Shown piece by piece: positions 1 to 8,402 of a stretch of DNA of 48,683 nt. This DNA is from a virus. Taxonomy: Duplodnaviria; Caudoviricetes. The number at the start of each line of letters is the position of its first letter. The stretch's first letter is position 1. The DNA lies in the IMG/VR virus record IMGVR_UViG_3300022177_000073, positions 1 through 48,683 of that record; one strand, written 5' to 3'. Position numbers and translations under genes: made by a program. The notes below the pieces were generated by a model that made no database searches, was not told where the DNA came from, and saw only the letters and a list, made by a program, of their open reading frames with translations.

Positions 1-1092
1 ATGGCAGTATTTGTCGATGACTTAAAAAAGGCTGTAATTGATAATGCAAAAGCGAGCGATAAGATTGTGATTATTAGCGGATATCTGTCTCCTGATATGG
101 TGGATGAAGTTGCGACATTAGGTATTCCGTTTGAGTTTTATTATGGTATGTATGGTGTGGAGAAAATTCGCTCTACAGTTCTTGATGCATTGCGTACGCT
201 TGTAGCCAAACACCCCAATATGAAAATGAATTTTGTTCACACACAACGCGTCCACACGAAACTCTATTTGTTTTATAATTCTGGGATGGTTTTTAATGCA
301 TTAGTGGGTTCGGCAAATTGCTCAACGCAGGGATTGTGTAGTGCTAAAAACGCCGAAATGTTGGCTGAAGTGAACTCTGCAGCAGTGACTGATTCGGGCT
401 ACATTGCAAGTTTTATTGATTATTACAACGATATCAAAGCAAATTCCATTGATATTAACGACCCTTTAGTGAAAGCTGCAAAGAGTAAGAAGTTGAAGGT
501 TACAAAGGGAAAGAAAGGACATATTCCGATTACATCTGACCCACTTACTGCGATTATGCCGTTGTACTGCTTTGATAAAAAGACTGGAAACCGTAAAACC
601 TATTCAGGAGGTGGTCCGAACTGGGGGAGCCAGTCAGGGCATACAGCTAAGAAAAGGACTGCTCTTGAGGCGTACATTCCAATTTTGGCAGACCATATAG
701 ATAATTATCCATTACTATTTCAACCATTTCCAAATAAAAGGACTACAACAGGCGGAAAATCCACACGCAAATCTGATCCAGTTACAGTAATATGGGATGA
801 TGGTACAATAATGACGATGACGTTCCAAGGAGGACAACGATATTATCCGTCAAAAAGCACACCGTTAATGGTATACCCAAAGCAGCTTTCATATGGAGAT
901 GCTTCCACAAGAAAAGGTGGTGCTGTTTTAGGTAAATATTTAAGGGAAAGAATGAATGTTGGGCCGTTTCACGTAATTTCCGTAAAAGACCTGGATGACT
1001 ATGGGCGCGACCATATACTTCTTAGATATGTAAGCCCTGGCCTATATCAAGCTGATTTTTCAGGGAAAAGATTTTCGGTTACAAGACCATAG
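1..1092 (+). CDS. PLD-family (NgoFVII/BfiI-like) restriction endonuclease
   Basis: HxK motif (RVHTKLYLF) followed by VGSAN, typical of PLD nucleases; IISGY N-terminal strand; lies beside R-M genes. ATG is at base 1, so the upstream context is unseen. Confidence 0.75.
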   Translation: MAVFVDDLKKAVIDNAKASDKIVIISGYLSPDMVDEVATLGIPFEFYYGMYGVEKIRSTVLDALRTLVAKHPNMKMNFVHTQRVHTKLYLFYNSGMVFNALVGSANCSTQGLCSAKNAEMLAEVNSAAVTDSGYIASFIDYYNDIKANSIDINDPLVKAAKSKKLKVTKGKKGHIPITSDPLTAIMPLYCFDKKTGNRKTYSGGGPNWGSQSGHTAKKRTALEAYIPILADHIDNYPLLFQPFPNKRTTTGGKSTRKSDPVTVIWDDGTIMTMTFQGGQRYYPSKSTPLMVYPKQLSYGDASTRKGGAVLGKYLRERMNVGPFHVISVKDLDDYGRDHILLRYVSPGLYQADFSGKRFSVTRP

Positions 1093-1138
1093 CGTTAACG
1101 AAGGGAGAAACTTAATGCTGATTCTCCCTTTATTAACG
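1093..1138 (+). terminator. Intrinsic terminator-like hairpin
   Basis: AAGGGAGAA...TTCTCCCTTT inverted repeat, extended by CGTTAA/TTAACG, immediately after the stop codon. Confidence 0.6.
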
Positions 1139-1177
1139 GACTAAAATGTATAGAGGGCGAAATATTTTATTGCTCCC

Positions 1178-1206
1178 TTGAAAAATTCATAGTTTGGTGG
1201 TATACT
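1178..1206 (+). promoter_or_regulatory. SigA-type promoter for the R-M operon
   Basis: TTGAAA (1178-1183), 17-bp spacer, TATACT (1201-1206), with an extended -10 TG at 1198-1199. Confidence 0.65.
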
Positions 1207-1276
1207 GATATAGACTTGGGTATATCATGCCCGTAACAAATTGGAATTTTGCTTGAAGAATAGAGGAGCGAGTAAA

Positions 1277-1480
1277 ATGGATGTAAGTTATAACAAATTA
1301 TGGAAGCTGATAATAGACAGAGGAATAAATAAAAGTGAATTGAGAGCATTGACCGGAATTGGAACGAATACTCTTGCAAAACTCAGTAAAAATCAGCCTG
1401 TTAGTATGGAAGTGTTACTCAAGATTTGTTCAAGACTTGACTGTGACATTTCTGATATTTGCGAATTTATCAAAGAGTAA
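1277..1480 (+). CDS. Cro/C1-type HTH regulator (candidate R-M controller protein)
   Basis: 67 aa, VSYNKLWKLIID...GIGTNTLAKL...LDCDISDI, an HTH_26-like pattern; GAGGAG RBS before ATG 1277; first gene of the MTase operon. Confidence 0.85.
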   Translation: MDVSYNKLWKLIIDRGINKSELRALTGIGTNTLAKLSKNQPVSMEVLLKICSRLDCDISDICEFIKE

Positions 1481-1497
1481 TTTTGGAGGATGATAGA

Positions 1498-2568
1498 ATG
1501 AATGCTATAGACTTGTTCGCCGGGTGCGGCGGTTTGTCAAAGGGTTTTATGGATGCCGGATTTGACATCATAGTGGGCGTTGACAATGACCAGGCCGCAT
1601 TGAATACGTTTGTAAAAAACCATAATGGAGCGGTTGCACTGAACGCAGACCTTTCCAAGCAGGAGACTTTTGATGAGATAAAACGTATTGCCGGAGAACG
1701 TGAAATTGATGTGGTTATCGCAGGACCACCTTGCCAAGGCTTTTCTTTGACGGGACCAAGAAATTTTGATGACGAGAGAAATAAGTTGTATCTGGCGGTC
1801 ATCGAAATTGTGAAGCAATACAAACCTAAAGCCTTTATCATTGAAAATGTACCTGGAATGGCAACATTGTATGAAGGACAGATTAAAGAGGAAATTTTAC
1901 GCCGTTTTAAGGTTATGGGATATAACATCGACTGCAAGATTCTCTGTGCTGCCGACTATGGTGTTCCACAGAATAGAAAAAGATTAATTTTCATGGGAAT
2001 TAGAGAAGACCTCGGTGTACCGGAATTTCCTAAACCTATGTTTACGCCAGAAACATATCGTACCTGCAGAGACGCTGTAAGTGACTTGCCTGCTTTGGAA
2101 AATGGTATTGGTGATGACGTTTCTGAATATGAGCAGGAGCCTTTAACTGAATATCAGAGACTGATGAGGGGTGACTGTGAAGTCCTTTATAACCATCTTG
2201 GTACTAACCATACACAGATGGTTAAAGATACCATCGCTCTTGTGCCAGAAGGTGGTAACTATAAGGACCTTCCTCCTGGATGGGGCGAAAGCAGAAAGTT
2301 CCATATGGCTTGGACGCGACTGAACGGAAATGCCCCGGCAAGGACTGTTGATACAGGACACAGAAACCTTTTCCATTATCAGTACAATCGAATTCCTACT
2401 GTGCGCGAGAGCGCGAGAATGCAGTCATTCCCTGACAATTTTGTTTTTACAGGTACAAAGACACAGCAAAGCAGACAGGTAGGAAATGCAGTTCCGCCGT
2501 TGTTGGGACAGGCACTTGGAGAAGCGATAATGAGAATTATACAGGAGAATGAAAATGGGCAAAACTAA
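1498..2568 (+). CDS. DNA (cytosine-5)-methyltransferase M1
   Basis: Motifs I (DLFAGCGG), IV (GPPCQGFS), VI (ENV), VIII (QNRKR), IX (RESARMQSFPD) and X (GNAVPP); GGAGG RBS. Confidence 0.95.
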   Translation: MNAIDLFAGCGGLSKGFMDAGFDIIVGVDNDQAALNTFVKNHNGAVALNADLSKQETFDEIKRIAGEREIDVVIAGPPCQGFSLTGPRNFDDERNKLYLAVIEIVKQYKPKAFIIENVPGMATLYEGQIKEEILRRFKVMGYNIDCKILCAADYGVPQNRKRLIFMGIREDLGVPEFPKPMFTPETYRTCRDAVSDLPALENGIGDDVSEYEQEPLTEYQRLMRGDCEVLYNHLGTNHTQMVKDTIALVPEGGNYKDLPPGWGESRKFHMAWTRLNGNAPARTVDTGHRNLFHYQYNRIPTVRESARMQSFPDNFVFTGTKTQQSRQVGNAVPPLLGQALGEAIMRIIQENENGQN

Positions 2569-3799
2569 AATTCGTTCCATCGATTTGTTTGCCGGATGTG
2601 GCGGATTGATGGATGGTTTTGAACAATCCGGAGCCTTCGATACAATTGCAGCTGTTGAGTGGGAAAAAGTTCCCTGTAAAAATCTCGAAAACAGAATGCG
2701 TGAGAAGTGGCATTACCCCGATGCAGAAACACGAGTTCTTCGCTTTGATATTCAAAGAACGGATGAATTGTTTGTGGGTTGGGAAAATGATAAAGAGTAT
2801 GGTAGCTCAGTTGGTTTAGATAAACTTATTGACACTGTGGGCGGCATCGATGTCGTAATTGGTGGACCTCCCTGTCAGGCTTATTCCATTGCAGGGCGTG
2901 TTCGTGATGAGTTTGGCATGAAAAATGACTACCGAAATTATCTGTTTGAAAGCTACATCAAGGTATTAGACCGATACAGGCCTAAAGCATTTATCTTTGA
3001 AAATGTACCCGGGATATTAAGTGCAAAGCCTGGTGATAGACCGATAATTGACATCATCCAGGAGAGTTTTAATGAGGCGGGGTATCTGTTGCTTTCCAAT
3101 TTGGGTGAGGCAATAATTGACTTTACCGACTATGGTGTTCCTCAAAACAGAAAGAGAATAATTATTTTCGGGGTTCGCAAGGACGCTTTTGGAGACAGAA
3201 GTAGCGAAGCTATAAATTATTTCTATAAAGTAGCCTTGCCTAAACATAAAACCATGCAGAAAAAAACTGTTTATGAGGCAATCGGCGACTTGCCGAAGTT
3301 GTACCCTCTGTCTGAGGACCTAAAGGTAAATGGTGCAAGAACAAGGCACTCTCTTCCTGAACGTGATGTTCCAAACCATGTAGCAAGATGGCAGAGTGAC
3401 AGAGATGTTGGGATTTTTAAACTATTGACTGAAGATATCGAGTCTGGAAGAAATCAGTATACATCAATCGATGCACTGAAACAGTTATACACTGAGATGA
3501 CGGGAAAGAACTCCAATGTTCATAAATATCATGTTATCCGATGGGATGAGCCGAGTAACCTTATTCCCGCCCATCTTTATAAAGATGGCTTACGCCATAT
3601 CCATCCAGATTCATCTCAACAGAGAACCATAACCGTTAGAGAGGCAGCAAGATTACAAACTTTCGCTGATGATTATGTGTTTGAAGGCAGCAATATGGAA
3701 TTGTATAAAATGATTGGAAATGCAGTGCCTCCGCTGTTTGCGAAGTGCTGCGCAGAAGCAGTTGTTGATACAATGTCAACATTTGGCATCATAGAGTAA
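2555..3799 (+). CDS. DNA (cytosine-5)-methyltransferase M2
   Basis: DLFAGCGG, GPPCQAYS, ENV, QNRKR, REAARLQTF, GNAVPP; overlaps the end of M1. The start could be 2549. Confidence 0.95.
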   Translation: MGKTKIRSIDLFAGCGGLMDGFEQSGAFDTIAAVEWEKVPCKNLENRMREKWHYPDAETRVLRFDIQRTDELFVGWENDKEYGSSVGLDKLIDTVGGIDVVIGGPPCQAYSIAGRVRDEFGMKNDYRNYLFESYIKVLDRYRPKAFIFENVPGILSAKPGDRPIIDIIQESFNEAGYLLLSNLGEAIIDFTDYGVPQNRKRIIIFGVRKDAFGDRSSEAINYFYKVALPKHKTMQKKTVYEAIGDLPKLYPLSEDLKVNGARTRHSLPERDVPNHVARWQSDRDVGIFKLLTEDIESGRNQYTSIDALKQLYTEMTGKNSNVHKYHVIRWDEPSNLIPAHLYKDGLRHIHPDSSQQRTITVREAARLQTFADDYVFEGSNMELYKMIGNAVPPLFAKCCAEAVVDTMSTFGIIE

Positions 3800-3817
3800 T
3801 GAAAGGAGGAATGCATC

Positions 3818-6800
3818 ATGGCATATACAACTTCGCAGGCTGTAGAGGCCTTAAATGAATATATGGGCTGTGATGAAGCCTTAAAACAGTACATAGAAGG
3901 TACGAAAGAAAGAGGCTTTGTTCTGTCCTTGAAGACCGGAGAGCAAATCGTGATTTTCGTTTACCCTTTGGTGCATAAACAAGATAATACTAAAAATTAC
4001 TTTGACACAAGAGATAGTGGTGCGTATGAGCGTGGAGTAGCATGGAGATATGCGTTAGAACACGGTCTTAAGTACTACTGCTTTGGGTTGAATAGTTCTG
4101 TTGATAAGTATGAAAACTATATCTTCAGTCTTGAGTGCGGTGAGGAAACAATTGAGAAAATTTCCGGAACTAAGAATGGACAGCGAAGTGGTCCGGGTAA
4201 TCAAATAATTATTCCTAACAATTACACGCCTGCCCTGCCTTTCGATAGAATCGTTAATAAGTTAGGGATTTATATTGCGGTAATACACAAGGACAAAATC
4301 TATGATTATATCTCGATGTATGATAACAGACCTTATCTGAAGACAAGCACTGATGAAGTCACACAGCAAAATGATGATGCCAATGAGTACGAAAAGGCTG
4401 CCAGATATTTGCAGTCCTATGTCTCTGAAACTGGCTTGGACATTCCTACGAAAAAGGATGATCTGGAATCTATACTTACAGAATTTACATCCAAGTTTTC
4501 TCCGGAGATTTTGGCAGCGTTATCGGATGATGAACTGTTGAATTACCTGTTCTATACTGTTGGCGAGAACCAGGACTCCCTTTGCTGTTGGCTTGAAATG
4601 AACAAGGAGTGTCGTCAGCATTTTGGTAGTATTTCCGGTGGTTCTGCTTATAAATTCGGTCTGTTCCAGAAACAGAAAACTGGAGAATGGACAACGGGTA
4701 GTCCTCAGAAACCACAGGTACTTACGGAAGATGAGGCTTTAGAACTGGGGCGTAGCATACGAGATGCGTTGGTCAAGGCTGCAGGTATTGTTCAGAATGC
4801 AACTCTCGACACCCTTGCTGATTATGAGCAGTTGGATACTACTCTTTGGAACGAAGTCGGCGAGCCGTACTGTAATTGGGGTTGGTTCCACAAGTACCTT
4901 GCGATGGTTTGCCCAGATAAGCTGAGTTGTTTCCATTCCTCTGATTGGCAGCGCCACATTCTCTATGCATTGAAAATCAAGCCGAGTGAAAAATACTTTA
5001 CTCGTAGCGGTCAGTTGGCCATGATTTCCAATTATGCAGGATGGTATTATGGTGAGTTCAAGGATGTACTGTTTGAACGCTTTGGTGGAGACATCATTCA
5101 GTTTGTAAGAGTCGGCACTTCCGATGATACCCAGAATTATGCAGCAGAATGGAATCAGAAATCTGTTATAGGTATCGGTTGGCGAGATATCGGTTCTCTT
5201 GAGGATTATGTCGCAGGTGAAGGTCTTGATAAGGGTGCAATCACGGAGGCATTGAAAGAAAAATTCGGATATGCCGAGAATGTTGCCTCCCGCAAGGCAG
5301 GAGAACTTATTCGTTTTTATAAAACGGACGCAAGCACTGTTGTCGTTGCAATGGACGGCGAAAGTCTGTTAGCTTTTGTTGATGGTATCGGAAATTACTT
5401 CTATGATTCGACATCTGCAATGGCAAATATGAAGCCTGGAACATGGCATCGCAATTTTGCATCCGGTGAGCAGCTCCCTGTGAAATCCGAGGGTAAATTG
5501 ACATCTTGTTATCCTCTCACCGATGAGGCAAACTTGATGTTCCTGTATGATAGATACTATTACGGTAGCGAAGAAATTATTGATGAAGTCGATGAAATCG
5601 AGTTTGACAATCCGGAAGAACGTAATAAGCGTAACTTCCGTGCTTGGATGGAAACACAGGTTAAGCCGGAGGGTGATTCCGATGCAGGACAGCCTTACAC
5701 GGCAAATTCCATCAATCAGTATGTAAGCAACATTTCCAACACTCCACTCCCTTCTCATGAAGGACACAGTGTATTCTACACGGATGCTGTGATTGAAGTG
5801 CAGGATTGCTTGGTTGTGTTAGAAGCATCTGATAAGAAAAATAATACCCAAAGAAGTGCTGTCAAGAAATACTTGATGTACTTGATGGCGTTACAGGAGG
5901 TCAATATGCCGCTGATTTACAATACAGATTTACCAACTAAATATGAGAGAAATCGCATTGTCTTCGGCGCGCCTGGTACTGGTAAGAGTTTCAATTTGAA
6001 GAGAGACTGCGAGGCGTGTCTGAAGGACACAGAAGGTTCTTATGAGCGTGTGACTTTCCATCCGGATTACACATATTCTCAGTTTGTTGGAACATATAAG
6101 CCTGTTTCTGACGGTACCGCTATTCGCTATGAATTTGTTCCGGGGCCGTTCATGAGGGTGTATGTTGAGGCATTGAAGAGTGCGCGTTCTTTGAATCCAC
6201 AGCCTCATATTTTGATAATTGAAGAAATCAACAGAGCCAAGGTGGCTGCTGTTTTCGGTGACGTATTCCAGTTGCTTGACCGCGACGAGGATGGCGTCAG
6301 CGAATACGAAATTCAGACTTCTGAAGATATCAGAAAGTATCTGGCAGCAGAACTGAAGTGCGATATTGCTATGTGCAAGAAAATCAAGATTCCGAATAAT
6401 ATGTTCATTTGGGCAACAATGAACAGTGCTGACCAAGGTGTATTCCCTATGGACACTGCATTCAAGCGCCGTTGGAATTTTGAGTATCTTGGCATTAATG
6501 AGAATCAGGATAAAATCAAAGGGCGTGTACCAGTTGGAACTGTAAATACCCAAGAGATTGAATGGAATGTTCTGAGACGTGCAATTAACGAGAAACTTGC
6601 CAAGGAGTACAAGGTAAACGAAGACAAGCTGATGGGTCCGTTCTTCATTTCCAAGCGTGTACTGAAAACCGTTAGCGAGGAAAATGACACCCTTGTTGAC
6701 GCAGCACGTTTTGTAGAAGTATTCAAGAGCAAGGTTATCATGTATCTTTACGAAGATGCAGCAAAACAGCATAAGCATAAGCTGTTCTCCGGTTGCGAGG

Positions 6801-6904
6801 ATACCACCAAGTATTCTGCCGTATGCGACAGCTTTGACGAAATCGGAATCCAGATCTTCGGAGAGGATTTTGAGGAGGTTTATTATAATCCGCAGAAGGG
6901 ATGA
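3818..6904 (+). CDS. McrB-like AAA+ GTPase restriction subunit (LlaJI R1-like) with a long multi-domain N-terminus
   Basis: Walker A GAPGTGKS, VTFHPDYTYSQFVG, Walker B LIIEEINRA, McrB signature TMNSAD, DTAFKRRW. Confidence 0.9.
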   Translation: MAYTTSQAVEALNEYMGCDEALKQYIEGTKERGFVLSLKTGEQIVIFVYPLVHKQDNTKNYFDTRDSGAYERGVAWRYALEHGLKYYCFGLNSSVDKYENYIFSLECGEETIEKISGTKNGQRSGPGNQIIIPNNYTPALPFDRIVNKLGIYIAVIHKDKIYDYISMYDNRPYLKTSTDEVTQQNDDANEYEKAARYLQSYVSETGLDIPTKKDDLESILTEFTSKFSPEILAALSDDELLNYLFYTVGENQDSLCCWLEMNKECRQHFGSISGGSAYKFGLFQKQKTGEWTTGSPQKPQVLTEDEALELGRSIRDALVKAAGIVQNATLDTLADYEQLDTTLWNEVGEPYCNWGWFHKYLAMVCPDKLSCFHSSDWQRHILYALKIKPSEKYFTRSGQLAMISNYAGWYYGEFKDVLFERFGGDIIQFVRVGTSDDTQNYAAEWNQKSVIGIGWRDIGSLEDYVAGEGLDKGAITEALKEKFGYAENVASRKAGELIRFYKTDASTVVVAMDGESLLAFVDGIGNYFYDSTSAMANMKPGTWHRNFASGEQLPVKSEGKLTSCYPLTDEANLMFLYDRYYYGSEEIIDEVDEIEFDNPEERNKRNFRAWMETQVKPEGDSDAGQPYTANSINQYVSNISNTPLPSHEGHSVFYTDAVIEVQDCLVVLEASDKKNNTQRSAVKKYLMYLMALQEVNMPLIYNTDLPTKYERNRIVFGAPGTGKSFNLKRDCEACLKDTEGSYERVTFHPDYTYSQFVGTYKPVSDGTAIRYEFVPGPFMRVYVEALKSARSLNPQPHILIIEEINRAKVAAVFGDVFQLLDRDEDGVSEYEIQTSEDIRKYLAAELKCDIAMCKKIKIPNNMFIWATMNSADQGVFPMDTAFKRRWNFEYLGINENQDKIKGRVPVGTVNTQEIEWNVLRRAINEKLAKEYKVNEDKLMGPFFISKRVLKTVSEENDTLVDAARFVEVFKSKVIMYLYEDAAKQHKHKLFSGCEDTTKYSAVCDSFDEIGIQIFGEDFEEVYYNPQKG

Positions 6905-6910
6905 TAGGAT

Positions 6911-8380
6911 ATGGAGATAAAGATTCGTTCTCGCTATGTCCGAGAACAGCAGCGTTACACTAAGAATCAGCTGCGTACTCTTTTCTCCTACGATGATGTA
7001 GGAGTAGAAAAATTCATAAAAAGCCTAAAGTCCTACGGTATTTTAAAGACCGTTGCAAACACTGCGGAGCAGAAAGAATTGACAGACCTTGTTGATGAAG
7101 ATGTCCAGGTGGTGGATGAAACTGCCGGAAACGATGATTGCTATTATGTGTTTACATATGTTGGTGTCATTACTATCGGAAATCGTGTAATCAAGGTTTA
7201 TCCGAAATATATTCTTTCTGAAAATGAACCGCTTGCAAGAATGAAGCAGGTTGTGAAAGTTCTTGAACGCTACAGCCATTCGGAGGAGCAAATCATAAAT
7301 CTGTTTAATGGTGACGGAGATAACCGCAGTTTTAATATTCTTGCGGTTATCCTGTACCTTTTGAACGACTACTACGAGTACGGCGTTTATAACAACAGCG
7401 AGGATATTTTGGAAGTCAACGGCGAAGGCGATATTCTTTGGAACAGAACCATCGATGACGGATTTGCTATTATCGAGGAAGGCCGCCCGTATTATACAGA
7501 ACTGATTACTCATAGGTCAGTAGAAGATGATATGGACTATTTCAAGCGCCTGCATGAGTGCGTTCTTACGGAATGTTCCAAGCAGCTCCAAGATGCTGGA
7601 CTGGAAGAATTGTTTGAAATCGATTCTGTTTCCTTAAGTGATGAAGCCTTGGAGGACTTTGGCGAAAAGGAATATATTCTTGAGCGAATCATGAAAGAGT
7701 TGAATGTCCAGTTCAACACGCATCGGCAGATTTTGCTCAAAACACTGTATACCTACATTTCACAGGACAGAAAAATGCTTGAAGAAAATCAAGGCATTAG
7801 TATGTTTGGCACCACCGCATTTCATGCAGTTTGGGAAAAGGCTTGTGCAGCCGCATTCGGAAACAAACTGGATGTTGCGATTGGTCAGTTGCAAATGAAG
7901 GAGCCGTTGGCAGACGGATACAATAAGAAAACCAAGCTGATAGATTTGGTTGAGAAGCCAAAATGGTGTGGAGAGGGCTTTGTTCACGAACCCAAGGATA
8001 CCCTTATCCCCGACCTCATTACCATCAATGAGTACAGTGGGCAGGATTGGTTCATCATTTTCGATGCCAAGTATTATCTGATTCAGCTTGAAAAAGGCCG
8101 CACATTAAGGGGCAACCCTGGCGTTGGCGATGTAGTGAAGCAGTATATGTATCAGTTGGCATATAAGAAATTCTTGGCAGACCACCATATTGCGGTTGTT
8201 AAGAACTGCTTTTTGATGCCGACCGAAGGAAACGAAATAATAAACAAAGGGAACGCCAAATTGGATATGCTTTCCGAATTAGGACTGGAGGATATCCAGA
8301 TACGTTTGATTCCGGCTGATATGCTTTTCGATTGTTACTTGAGGCGAAAGAAAATAGCTATCGAAAAATTGGAGTTGTAG
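6911..8380 (+). CDS. LlaJI-family (McrC-like) restriction endonuclease subunit
   Basis: C-terminal PD-(D/E)XK core LIPDL...IFDAKYY...PGVGDVVKQYMY; directly follows the McrB-like gene. Confidence 0.85.
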   Translation: MEIKIRSRYVREQQRYTKNQLRTLFSYDDVGVEKFIKSLKSYGILKTVANTAEQKELTDLVDEDVQVVDETAGNDDCYYVFTYVGVITIGNRVIKVYPKYILSENEPLARMKQVVKVLERYSHSEEQIINLFNGDGDNRSFNILAVILYLLNDYYEYGVYNNSEDILEVNGEGDILWNRTIDDGFAIIEEGRPYYTELITHRSVEDDMDYFKRLHECVLTECSKQLQDAGLEELFEIDSVSLSDEALEDFGEKEYILERIMKELNVQFNTHRQILLKTLYTYISQDRKMLEENQGISMFGTTAFHAVWEKACAAAFGNKLDVAIGQLQMKEPLADGYNKKTKLIDLVEKPKWCGEGFVHEPKDTLIPDLITINEYSGQDWFIIFDAKYYLIQLEKGRTLRGNPGVGDVVKQYMYQLAYKKFLADHHIAVVKNCFLMPTEGNEIINKGNAKLDMLSELGLEDIQIRLIPADMLFDCYLRRKKIAIEKLEL

Positions 8381-8402
8381 CAGACATAAAGGAGGGTAGA
8401 TT

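Noticed and set aside
5930-6778. 282-aa minus-strand ORF
   Set aside because: Antisense to the conserved McrB GTPase domain; no protein-like features.
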